From the NCBI RefSeq assembly GCF_006345805.1, contig NW_021833293.1, forward strand, positions 1 to 64,000: a DNA stretch of 64,000 nt, given 5' to 3'. The notes below the pieces were generated by a model. It worked only from the letters and a program-made list of their open reading frames with translations. It ran no database searches and was not told where the DNA came from. Positions 41,324-53,807 of this stretch are shown piece by piece. A program made the position numbers and the translations under genes. Source of the DNA: Octopus sinensis (lineage: Eukaryota). Position 1 is the first letter of the stretch, and each line of letters opens with the position of its first letter.

Positions 41324-42309
41324 TAATAATTCCTTTATTATAATATTAATAACAATAATGATCTCATGGTTTATTAGTGTAATGTATAGATTTTAAGCGA
41401 CATAACATATGGTCTTAACAGAAGTAATGTTGGCGAAAGATATATGCAGCTTTTCTGGGATTTCCCACTGGTGGTGAATATTCGCTTGAAGAAAAGAGAC
41501 GAGATATGATCGTAGAGGACACAACCGAAAGAATGGATATAAGAATACAGGTTTTTGTAATATCATGAAAATTAAATCCTCCGTCGACAACGACGACGGA
41601 GTGCTACTTGATCCGATCAACAGAACAGCCTCCTTGTGAAACTAACTTGGATGTACTGAGTACTCCACAGACACGTCTATAACTTAACGTAGTTCTCAGA
41701 GAGACACAGCGTGACACAGATTTTGACACGGCTAGCCTTTTGAATCACATATACAATTCACTTTTGCCAGCTAGACAGGAGAAACGTGAAATGAAGTGCT
41801 TTGCTCAAGGACATAACACATCGTGGGTGAAGAGTATTTTGCGATAGTTTTCGAAAGATTCTTGAGCTTCTTGATATTTGCTGTTACCACCCTCAATATA
41901 TCTTCACAAAAAAGTAAATTACTCTTGGAACATGAAGTAATTGTTACCTATTTCATAACGCCATCATCGCAGGAAAAAAATGTTCAAATTAAATATAAAA
42001 TACTACGAAGGCAATAATGAAATAAGCGCTATTAATGTACTGTTAACAGTTGGATCTCACTGAAGCTGGTGAAATCAAGGCTACTGATCATTTAACTACC
42101 TGTCACATTAATGTCAACGGCTAGACAAGATCGTCAGTAGGAAGACAATGGCGATGGGAGAGTCGAGATTGGAAGATATGATGGGTCAAATGAACGAAGG
42201 GGACCAGAATGTTTGACGTTAATGTTTTTGAAACAACGACGTCCATTCCACAGGTAAAGGAATTCAATATCGTGTTCTTTCGTACTTCTGGAATAATGCT
42301 GTTAATGTG

Positions 42310-42371
<62 letters not shown>

Positions 42372-42467
42372 GCATATATATATATATATATATATATATA
42401 GATTTAATGAGTAAAACATCTAGTGTCTTGACTCTAAATGGGAACTAAGTTGTAACTATACTACTAA

Positions 42468-42688
42468 AATCTATTGACCAACGTAGGGTGGCAGCCTGTG
42501 TAGGACCATGTTACTAAATTTTTTCAGCAGGTTATCGACCCATGACCTGTCAAAAACATACTGCGAGCAAGTATTTTTCAGACACTGGTCGTGTGTCGAT
42601 AACCAGCTGGAAAAGTCGTTTTCCTGGGGTTAAAAACTAGTAACATGGTCCTACGCAGGACTGCCACCTTACGTTGGCAAATAGAATT
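42468..42688. mobile_element. Foldback/MITE-like ~220-bp imperfect palindrome
   Basis: CCAACGTAGGGTGGCAG.CCTGTGTAGGACCATGTTACTA pairs with TAGTAACATGGTCCTACGCAGGACTGCCACCTTACGTTGG; the inner arms GGTTATCGAC/GTCGATAACC also pair. Confidence 0.75.
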
Positions 42689-42861
42689 TACTATATAAAT
42701 GTATATATATAAATATTTGTGCACGCACACTCACATATACGTGTATATATATAAAGAGAGAGAGAGATAGAGAGAGAGATAAATACATATATAGTATGTA
42801 TATATGTATTACTCTTTCTCTTTCTCTGTCTCTACTGATTTATATATACATATACATATAT

Positions 42862-42927
<66 letters not shown>

Positions 42928-43480
42928 TATAAATAAGTGTATCATAGAGATACCACCATGCCAAATAACTGTCGAAACGCTGACCCTAAAAACACATTCA
43001 ATGTTCAAAATATAATTCATCACTGTATTCACTGCGGTGTTTATATTTGACCATATCGCGCTTGTGAGATGGTTGGCGGGCAATTTGTACATACGTGCAT
43101 AATGATATATGTATGGACGTTCGTTTATGTAAGTATAACTTATGTTCTGTATATATATATTTTTTTATTTATTTGCCCATCTGATATATTCAACTGACGA
43201 AGGCAGAGCTTATTTGTAGCAAAGGCAGAAATCCAGGATCTTGAATTATGCAGTAAAATCTTTTTTTCTAGTTTCTTTTGTTTCTCTGTCTTATCTCATG
43301 GCGCGATTTGGACATTTAAGGTGGTTTTTAGGGTTAGGGTTTTGACTGCTATTTCGGCATAGTGGAATCTCTAAGATACCCTTATTTATAATTTTAAATA
43401 ATTGTTACCTTTGCATGGTATTTATTCCTATGCTGGCCACTTGATGATATCGATATTTAAATATCGATATTATCCTTATT

Positions 43481-43530
<50 letters not shown>

Positions 43531-43744
43531 TGTAGGGGTGTGTATCTATATATGTATCTGTATGAACGTAGCTGAGCATTCGATGATGGAATCCATTGTG
43601 AACTCAATATCTCTAGAAATCTAGACATAGACGCTGAAATGTGACTGGATTTTGAATGGTATAGCATGTCCCTTTATAAAAGATGACTTGGAATATTTAT
43701 ATGAAAGAACAATAGTAGGAATATGAAAATAATATAATCATAAA

Positions 43745-43823
43745 TGTAGTAGTAGTAGTAGTAGTAGTAGCAGTAGTAACAGTAGTAGTAGTAGTAGTAG
43801 TTGTAGTAGTAGTAGTAGTAGTT

Positions 43824-43880
<57 letters not shown>

Positions 43881-44555
43881 AATATAATAGTAATGATAAT
43901 AATGTATACATGCACAAAATATAAATTAATTGAAGGTGATAATGCTAAGAATAACTAGCATGATAAAAATCATAATATGAGAGCAACAACATTAATAAGA
44001 ATATTGATGGTTACGATGAATTTGGCAATGGTTATGATGATCAAGATGGTGATAATTACGACGACTACAATAATGTTGGTTCAGCTGCTTGTGTTGGCAA
44101 TAATAATAAGTGTAGCAAAAACAACACCAACCACAAGTAATAGAACAGCAGCAACGAAAACAACAACCACAACAACAATAAGAAGAAGAACGAGAACAGC
44201 AACAACAACAACGACAAGCACAAGAAGAACGAGTCGACGACAACGACGATGACGATGACGATGATGATGATGATGATGATGATGATGATAATGATGATGA
44301 TGATGAAGATAAGAAAGAAGATGATGGTGATGATGAATAGTATGCAGAACAAGAGGTAGTATTCAAAGGGACTCAAGAAAACGAAGAAATAGAAGAAAGA
44401 GAAGTAGAAAATAAAGAAGAAGAAGAAGAAGAAGAAGAAGAAGAAGAAGAAGAAGAAGAAGAAGAAGGAGAAGAAGAAGAAGGAGAGAGAAGAAGAAGAA
44501 GGAGAAGAAGAGGAAGAAGAAGAAGAAGAAGGAGGAGAAGAAGAAGAAGGAGAAA

Positions 44556-44607
<52 letters not shown>

Positions 44608-44640
44608 AGAGAAGTGGAAAGAGCAGGAAGACAAGAACAA
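43745..44640. repeat. Compound trinucleotide microsatellites (TAG)n, (CAA)n, (GAT)n, (GAA)n
   Basis: Direct inspection; explains the homopolymeric ORFs here. Confidence 0.95.
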
Positions 44641-44834
44641 AACGAAGATAAAATAGATACCCAGTCCATCTTGTTTATTCGGATGTCAATTCTCCTCCGA
44701 CTATATCACAATATATCACCATCATTCATTCATTCATATACATTTACTGACTAACATTTTTATCTATTTATTGACTTTTATCTCGTTCATATTTCTTTCT
44801 TTTTTACAACCACATTTCATACTGATAAACCTAA

Positions 44835-44887
<53 letters not shown>

Positions 44888-45020
44888 TATATATATATGC
44901 ATATAATGACATATATCTGTGTCTATATTCATACGTACATATATATGATATATATGTATGTATATACAACATATATATATATATATAACATTATATATAT
45001 ATATATATATATATATCTAC

Positions 45021-45063
<43 letters not shown>

Positions 45064-46680
45064 ATATATATATATATATATGCATGTGTATATATGTGTG
45101 TGTGTACGTATATGTAGAAACCATATATCAGATAGATATAGCCTCCTAATAAATGTATTTTCCAATATTATTAATTTGCCCTCTTTTTTTTAATATCTTC
45201 TTTATATTTTAAGATATATCATAATATATCTGTATTTTGTTCTTTCGTTTTTCTTTTCTGTTATATTTCAGTATTTATCAAATATTTCTTTGTTGACCAA
45301 ACGCAAGCTCGACACTCTGTCCAACTTTGGTGTATTCTTTGCCACATTGTTGTTTATGACAGATAAAATCTGTCGGGAGCGACAATACTACACACCGTCA
45401 CTTACACACACACACACACACACACGCGAGCACACACATACACACAGAGGTGTGTATGTGAAAGAAATATGTATGAAATAGAAGGATGTAGATTCTGATT
45501 GTTAAATGTCCAATCACACGCATAATATTTATATATCTCTATAGGTATATCTATGTGTATCTATGTATACACAGATACACATACACACGCTCACATGCAT
45601 ATACGTATGAATTGAGACAGCGATAAGGAAAGAGAGAGATAAAGAGAGAACCTGATAAATAGGTAGATAGGCAAGGAAAAGGATATAGAGATAATTTACT
45701 AAATCAATAGAAATACTGATAACTAGCTAGATAGATAAACTGAAAACATCGACGAAGAATTCAATTTACAGTTTTCGGGTTCTTTGGTGCGATTTTGAGT
45801 TGATAACTTGTTTCTGGACCCAAGGCTGTCTAGATATGAGGGAAAGTGTTTCTGCATATATAACAGTTTGTTCTGTATACGAATGTAAGTACATAGGCTG
45901 TGCTATAGAACTATACATATGTCTGTCTTTTGCTGTTTATATTTTGTACTGTCGTTACTGTGCTGTTTTTGTTACCATTTTTACCCCTCCGCAAAAAAAT
46001 CTCAAATTTTATTTAATTTGATTTTCGTGGGAAGGAAAATTTAATTGAAGTCATGTATCGCCTTGACTTTCGAAACGTGGAGTAGATGAAATTAAGGCGA
46101 CTGAAGAAGGGGAATTTTCCTTGTTTTGTATGTCCTGTACTCTATTTTTACGTTGTTTTAAAAAAATGCCCATTTCTTTGGTTTTCTGTTTATGTTTTCG
46201 TTTCTCATTGTGTTCGACGTTTATTTGGTGTCCTGTACCCATATATGCATGTAGAGGTAGGTATGTACATATATGTATGTATATATGCATATGTTTTATT
46301 TATTTATTAATTATATATATATATATATATAAAGTAAATAAGATCCGTGCTACTTATGTTTCATAGCGAGCGGAACCTCGGAAGTGGTAAATATACAAGC
46401 GATGTGTATTTCGCAGTCTTCTCGCCAGGCCAAGGGTATCTTGATTAAGCGTATTTTCCGTATGTTATCATGTACCTCTTTGTGACAAAGTAAACTTCAT
46501 TTAATGGAGATACCATTCCTTTGATAAGTAGTCTACAGTATACACCTCGAGTGGATATTTAAGACTTCCGATGTTCCACTCGCTGCTGCCCAAAACCTTT
46601 GAGTTGATTTGTAGGACGGACATTGAGAGTAGCCAAGCGTTTTCTCTCTCTCTCTCTCTCTTTCTCGCTTCCACTCTCTT

Positions 46681-46730
<50 letters not shown>

Positions 46731-46761
46731 AGATATAATATATATATAATTATATATATTA

Positions 46762-46968
46762 TAAAGTTAATCAAACAAGAAAGCACACAAAAACAACAAC
46801 GCGAGGAAGTGGAACAAATATAGGTGTTATTGAACGCTCAGGAAAGAAGGAAAGAAGGAGGGTTTAACGTTTCGAGCGGAGCTCTTCGTCGGAAACATAG
46901 AAGAAGGAAAGATCCAGAGAAGGGAAGACAGAGGAAAAAATCGCCAACGGTACACACGCGGTCACATT
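46762..46968 (-). mobile_element. ~210-bp Penelope pLTR-like mini-element with mutated minimal hammerhead (46862-46896)
   Basis: Minus strand GTTT-CCGACGA-A-GAGC TCC GCTC-GAAA-C-GTT-AAAC; homologous to 49496-49704. Confidence 0.7.
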
Positions 46969-47445
46969 TTGAAATATATATATATATATTCTGTTGTGTC
47001 TGGGGAGAGTCATTTTCTTTTTGTGTCTTATATTCTAACACACTCACCGGTAAAATTTCCACTTTTTTCGTATTTTTATTTTTATGTATAAATCTATGTG
47101 TATGATGGAGACTGTTGTCAGTTTCGACATATGTGGATCAGACAACCTACTCTTTCTTTGTGAGTTATAATGCTGAAATCGAATGTGACGTTTGAGGCCC
47201 ACTAATGATTTGCAAGATCCTGCAAGTATGAAGATTACAGGTCAGTGCAGGTGGTATATTTGTAGCCACTTTTCCCCTTTGTCTTATACACTAAAGCCTG
47301 TTATTGTTGGTTGCAACAATGTTTCTCATTTTGATACATGTATGTATTTCTATCTACCTATCTATCTACCCCTCTATCTATTTATCTATATATCTATCTA
47401 TCTATCTATCTATTTATCTATCATTCTCTCTCTTTCTATCTCTCC

Positions 47446-47476
<31 letters not shown>

Positions 47477-47482
47477 AATCAT

Positions 47483-47520
<38 letters not shown>

Positions 47521-49404
47521 GCATGTGTGTGTGTGTGTGTTTACTTCACCCTCCCTACACGGTTCAGTAAGAGAACTGATAGAGTAAGATATATATATAT
47601 ATATATATATATTCATGTATATTTACATAGACGCACACATACAAACACACATATGTGTGTGTGTGTGTGTGTGCATGTATACATACATACCTATATACAT
47701 ATCAATGCAATACGCTTCAGAATATTTGAAAATTTCAGCTGATAAACTTCCTTTTAGTTAAGGTTCATCATGCATATCTATTAAAATCTTAAGTGTATGT
47801 ATATGTGTATGCGTGTGTGTGTGTGTGGGGGGGTGCTAATGTGTTTGTGTGTGTGTGTGTGCGCGTGTGTGTTTTTTGTTGTTTGTGTCACGTGCATGTT
47901 TTCGTTCGTATATGCGTGAGTATGTTTGTCTATCGAATGCGATAAAGACGGTGAATGTTGTGTAGATATCTTAATAGACATAATTTAGCAAGATATATAT
48001 ACTTAAATGAATTTAAGAAAAAATTATTTAGTAAGGAAGAAGGTTGTTTCGTCAATAAATATATATATTTTTTTTAAAATCCAATTTCTTCCACATTTAA
48101 CATTAAATATTTTCTGTCTCTGTAATATAATGGAACGCAATTCTCATATGTTAGAACGCAATCAAATCCCAGTTAAGCATGAAAATGAAAATTGAAATTA
48201 CGGGAACAAAGATGTAGCACTCAAGGGGATACTTTTTCCAGTGAGGAAATATCGAGAGTAAAGTTTAATTGCGTCTTAAAAATGCAGAATATATTGATAA
48301 AGAACATTTATTAGTGTATCGTAAGTATATGGCATGTTAATGGAAGAAAACGTGCTCAGTTTCACTTGCATAACGAAGTTTTCTTATTTCTATCTATCTC
48401 TAAAATTTCTTTATTTTAAAAGCACAAGGGCTGAAATTTTCGGGAAGAGTGGTGGTCGAGTACATTGAACACAGATCACGGATAATTTTTATTTTATCGA
48501 TTTCGAATAGCTGACAAGCAAATTCAGCGTTGGCTGAATTCGAACTGAGAATGTAAACCAAGAAAAACAATGGTGCGAAGCATTTTGGCCGGTCTACAAA
48601 CAATTCACGGCGTCTTTTTGTCTTTAATAGTAATACATGAGCTATAACGTATTATTATTACTAAATCGTTAGCACGCCAAGCAAAATACTGTGTGGCATT
48701 TCGCCCATCTTCATGGTCTGATTTCAAATTTCACCGACGTTGACTGCCTTTCATCCTTCCGTAGCCGATAATATGAGTACCAGTGGAGAACTGAGTCGAT
48801 GTAATGGATGTACACCCACGATCAAAATTGCAAGCCTGGTGCCAAAGTTTGAAATCAGTAATACATTAGATATACTATATAAAATGATCATGAAATTGTT
48901 ATGTCCCGAAGAATTTAACTTACATCGGAGAAATTCGCAACACATATGACGGACTCTGTCAAGAAAGAATTATTATCAACTGATACCATTAATTCTGCTG
49001 CGACAATCGTATGACAATAAAATTATCGATGGATAAGTCTCCTGATGACAATATAAACCAGCTTTGCAACTTGAAATATCTAATGAGATGTATTGAATGC
49101 TACTTTGTCGTTAATAGGCGAAAAGATAATGGACGACTCTCTGGTCATGCAGGTTGGTTTCAAACGCCGAGCTGGACTTTGTCAAATCGTAGTGTGCACC
49201 GAGCAAAATTAAGTAGTATATATCGCGTTGACTCAATATGTGGGTCAGTTGAACATACATGTATTTTAATAGCGTATGTGTGAACACACTGACTCAAAAG
49301 GGAGATATCTAACTATATGTCTATCTATCTATCTATCACTTTTTCCCCCTCTATCTTTCTTCATCTGTGTGAGCGTGCGCGTCTATAAAGACCATCCCAA
49401 TATA

Positions 49405-49473
<69 letters not shown>

Positions 49474-49495
49474 GTGTGTGTGTGTGTGTGTGTGT

Positions 49496-49704
49496 AATGT
49501 GACCGCGTGTGTAACGTTGGCGATTTTTTTCCTCCGTCTTCCCTTCTCTGGATCTTTCCTTTTCCTATGCTTCTGACGAAAAGCTCCGCTCGAAACGTAA
49601 AACCCTCCTTCTTCCCTTCCTTCCTGACCGTCCAATAATACTATATTTGTTCCACGTCCTCGCGTTGTTGTGTTTTCTCTTTGTGTTTTCATGTTTGGAT
49701 TACT
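49496..49704 (+). mobile_element. ~210-bp Penelope pLTR-like mini-element with minimal hammerhead (49569-49603)
   Basis: GCTT-CTGACGA-A-AAGC TCC GCTC-GAAA-C-GTA-AAAC; flanked by (TG)n and (TA)n. Confidence 0.7.
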
Positions 49705-49723
49705 ATATATATATGTATATATG

Positions 49724-49778
<55 letters not shown>

Positions 49779-49913
49779 ATTTATATTATATAGAGGGTGC
49801 TACTATTCATAGATACCGCACGTTAGGAGGGACCGTTGCGGTCAAAACTACTAAAATAAACAAATTGTACCGAATGCAAAACTTCAAAGCAAGTCATTTA
49901 AAAAAAGAGTTTA

Positions 49914-49977
49914 GTTACATATCACCTGTGATTTCGCAATTAATGCAGAATATCCATTCCATGTTCATCAGTGCAAC
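49914..49977 (-). ncRNA. Type I hammerhead motif
   Basis: Minus strand GTTGCA-CTGATGA-ACA...TGC-GAAA-TCAC AG GTGA-TA-TGTAAC. Confidence 0.78.
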
Positions 49978-50313
49978 AAACTCAAGATATATAAGAAAAA
50001 ACATAACGTTACAAGCTCGATAGCCAACCGTAGAATTCGTCGTAGCATGTACGAATGTTTATCTTTACATATCTATGAAAATGGCGGGCTTATTCGCAAT
50101 GCATTTCGGTAACAAATTGCTTACTCGGAACAAAAAGTCAGTATTGAACTATTCCGGTGAAAAATATAAATTAACAATTGAGGATAAAATTGAGGATAAA
50201 ACCCCGCCATTTTCATAGATATGTAAAGGTAAACATTCGTACATTCTACGACGAATTCTACGGTTGGCTGTGGGGTTTGTAATGTTATGTTTTTTCTTAT
50301 ATGTCTTGAGTTT

Positions 50314-50377
50314 GTTGCACTGATGAGCATAGAATGCATATTCTGCATTAATTGCGAAATCACAGGTGATTTATAAC
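50314..50377 (+). ncRNA. Type I hammerhead motif
   Basis: GTTGCA-CTGATGA-GCA T AGAAT GCAT ATTCT GCATTAAT TGC-GAAA-TCAC AG GTGA-TT-TATAAC. Confidence 0.75.
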
Positions 50378-52079
50378 TAAATTCTTTTTTTAAATGACTT
50401 GCTTTGAAGTTTTGCATTCGGTACAATTTGTTTATTTTAGTAGTTTTGACCGCAAGGGTCCCTCCTAGCGTGCGGTATCTATGAATAGTAGTACCCTGTA
50501 TATAATATAAATAAATGTTTTCAAATTGGAAAGATTTACGGATTTTTTCTCTTACGAGGTTTATCACGCTAACTGCTGATAATTTCTTATAAAGATTTTA
50601 TCCTCAATTTTGAATTAATATATATATATATATATATCTTCCACCTTTGTCCATGTTTGGCTCTTTGCATTGGAAATTTCAACTGCTACTGGAGGCTTAG
50701 CGGCAACATAATGTAAAGAGAACACTGCTGTAGTGCGATACAGTTAAGTAAAGGGTACATTTCTCTATAATATGATGCAAAAACTATTTCTCTGCCTATC
50801 CATTGACTAGGGTTATAATGTAGTGAATGGGGGTGCTGAAATGCAGTGCTGTCATGAAGAGTTTCTGAGTTCAATTCCAGTCAAGGCATTTAGGTGATTC
50901 ACAAAACATGTGGAAAAGGCTAAGTCGTATACAACCGATGAAGTGAAAGCAACAGTCAAGATAAGGACACCACTCCGACTAATACGTAATACAAATTCTT
51001 CTTCTCAGAGCTATAGAACTGTATTATTGTGTTACAAGTTCAACCAGGTGAGAATAGGAGAGATGACTTAAAAATTCAGTTGAGTAAGCTTTGAATCTAA
51101 GCGATTTTTTTTACCTCAATACACACTCACACTTATCTTCCTTTCCCCCGAATGTGTTAAAATTTGGTAAGTTATTATCGTACTTACCGACTCTATTGCA
51201 CGTTAGCGTTTGAAAAATCCGGAGCCATAAAAAAATAGACAATTGATTTTACAACATTCAATTAATAAAATTACTTCATTGCTGGTTTATAGTTTTATAT
51301 TTTCTGCTAAGAGGGGTATAAAATTATAAATATGCAGTCCTTTTACCTTGGATAACTAAATATTCACCTTGGCATTTTCTTCCATTGCGTACATTGCACC
51401 TTTCAAAATGGAAATGGTAGTAAAAACGAGTACGCCTCACAATAATAATGTTAAATCTTCATGCCATCCCTTATCCCCCAGGAATTTTCAAACATGAAAA
51501 TAAATGTAAAATGAAAATAGCAATGAATCAAAGCAACAAACTTGCAGTACAAGCACGGAACTTTAACTTTGAAGTAGCATAACAAAGGATACTGCTGTAA
51601 ACAACTTAAAGGAGAAACGCAATAAGATCATTTGAAATACCGCGATCAGTAGCCACATTTCGTAACTTGCAAATACTTTGGTCTTCCACTCTGTATTATT
51701 GTCCCTATTTTCTACGCTTTCTATAACTCATCTTAACACCAATTTTTGAATGACAAACGACATTGGTTTCTTAAGCACAAAATACTAAACGGCTGCGACA
51801 GTTTCTGCTGAGGTTCCACTTTGTTTACGCCCATCATTTTGATTGGTTTATTGTTCAAATTTATTATTTGTGGTATGTGACTGGTCGGTTATTCAGATAT
51901 CCCCTCTGAAAGGTGTGATAGATTAAACCATTGGCCTCTCCAAAACAATGGAAGACGGAGACGTTCTGCTTAGATACAAAAGCGAATAACATTTACATAT
52001 AAAGACATATATACATACATACATACATACACACTACCCTAGCATGGCTGAAGTCTAATGAGTGAAACAAGTAAATGGT

Positions 52080-52125
<46 letters not shown>

Positions 52126-52427
52126 ATAATGTGGGTGGCTTATTAGCAATTTTAAAATCTAAATGCAAATTTAAAGACTTCCCTAACGTGACAGAGGTTG
52201 AGTGAGGTGCTCGCATTATTAGAAATAAACGTTAAAACGACTCATTAGCCACAGAGGCACTATTTGAAATCACGTGATATGGCTATATATGCGGTTGCAG
52301 GGTGCTTTGTCTCCCTTGTCAACTTACTAAGTGCTGTTGTGTCATTTTGAATATTTGAGCCATTTTCACTATTATTTCTAGCAATGCTGGTACCATTCTG
52401 TACCGTATATCACTTTCTCTCTCTCTC

Positions 52428-52463
<36 letters not shown>

Positions 52464-52740
52464 CGTGTGTCTGCGTGCGTACGTGTTTTGGACACTCAAT
52501 CCGTACACATTTATTTTCTCTCGGATTTGTCGTTTTTCTTCCATTTTTTTCCCTATCAATACTTCCTGTCAAAAGAGCGTAGGCGCGAAACGGGAAATAC
52601 TTTTATATTATTCCCGGGTGTGAAACTAATACACCTGCTTATTGTTCTCTCACCTGTTTTGTCTTTTCTATAAATTCGTACTTATATATATATAGATATA
52701 TATATATATAATATATATTATATATATATATATATATATA

Positions 52741-52853
52741 ATTTATTTTATAGAAGGAGCTTCTACAGGACTAGAACTGTTTCATTCAGATGAAGAAGAT
52801 TTCATCTGAAGAAACAGTTCTAGTCCTGTAGAAGCTCCTTCTATAAAATAAAT
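52741..52853. repeat. Near-perfect palindrome (53-bp arms, 6-nt loop, one bulge)
   Basis: ATTTATTTTATAGAAGGAGCTTCTACAGGACTAGAACTGTTTC(A)TTCAGATGAA followed by its reverse complement. Confidence 0.95.
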
Positions 52854-52921
52854 TACTTTACTCTGCTATGTATTGAGTACCTTATTTACTGTGGTTAACC
52901 CCGACTCAACCCGGGACCTAG

Positions 52922-52958
<37 letters not shown>

Positions 52959-53466
52959 GAGGCGCAATGGCCCAGTGGTTAGGGAAGTGGACTGACGAGC
53001 TGGCCCATATCGATATTATAATGATAATACTTTCTACTAAAGGCACAAGGCCTGAAATGCCGGGAAGGAATTAAGTCGATCACATCGGCCCCAGTGTGTA
53101 AATGGCACTTATTTAATCAACGTCTAAGGAATGGCAGGCAAAGTCGACCTCGGCGGAATTTGAACTAAGAACAGACAAAATACCTCTAAGCATTTCGCCC
53201 GGTGCGCTAACGATTTTGCTAGTTCGCCGCATTCACATATATGTAATCATAATGACATGAATAAGACTTAAGATTTCTTTATCAATCAAGAATAGCTAAT
53301 ATAGGACAATATCGGTTCTAAGTGATATTCCTCAACGCTGACGATTTGTAGAGTCATAACATTTTTGCAATGATACTTAGCAGCTTATTGCAAAACACCC
53401 ACAGGGACAGCAATGGTTACATATTTCTTCACTTTAGAAACCTAAGAATGTCTTCAAAATTTATTG

Positions 53467-53748
53467 GAATAATGCATGCCATTATTTCGAAGCACAGACG
53501 TCTGATCATAATACATGTGTATAATCCTGTTTAAAACACAAGAGCACTCATTTATAAATATTTAACATTATTCGCAATATTATATTTTATAATTTCAATA
53601 TTTGACACTTCTTATCGTATGATTGTATTACAGCGTATTTAACGGTTCCTATATAGCATCATATATATATATATAATATGATATTAATTAGAGACAAAAC
53701 CACTATTTTTGGATTTATTCCCTAATATTTATTATTATTATATATATA

Positions 53749-53807
<59 letters not shown>

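Larger units (their letters stand above)
49787..50620. mobile_element. Hammerhead-containing element with inverted halves, diverged relative of the 36.4-37.7 kb family
   Basis: 49787-50088 is the imperfect reverse complement of 50203-50505; shares blocks such as TTTTAAATG.CTT.CTTTGAA...TTGCATTCGGT and TTTTTTCTCTTA.GAGGTTT with the 475-bp unit. Confidence 0.85.

Noticed and set aside
43195-43240. CTGACGA-AGGC AGA GCTT as a hammerhead
   Set aside because: No GAAA follows stem II and no stem I or III can be formed.
43325-43343. TTAGGGTTAGGG telomere-like motif
   Set aside because: Only two copies, which is expected by chance.
46040-46120. AAGTCA..TGACTT-TCGAAACGT and a downstream CTGAAGA as a hammerhead
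   Set aside because: The core elements could not be assembled into a three-stem junction; at most a truncated pLTR-like remnant.
49670-50567. Two similar ORFs on opposite strands (TIHRYRTLGG...)
   Set aside because: They are antisense readings of the inverted halves of the non-coding hammerhead element, with no protein motif.
51009-51047. 39-nt plus-strand candidate exon (CTCAG|...CAG|GTGAGA)
   Set aside because: Isolated, with no recognisable peptide; such sites arise by chance.
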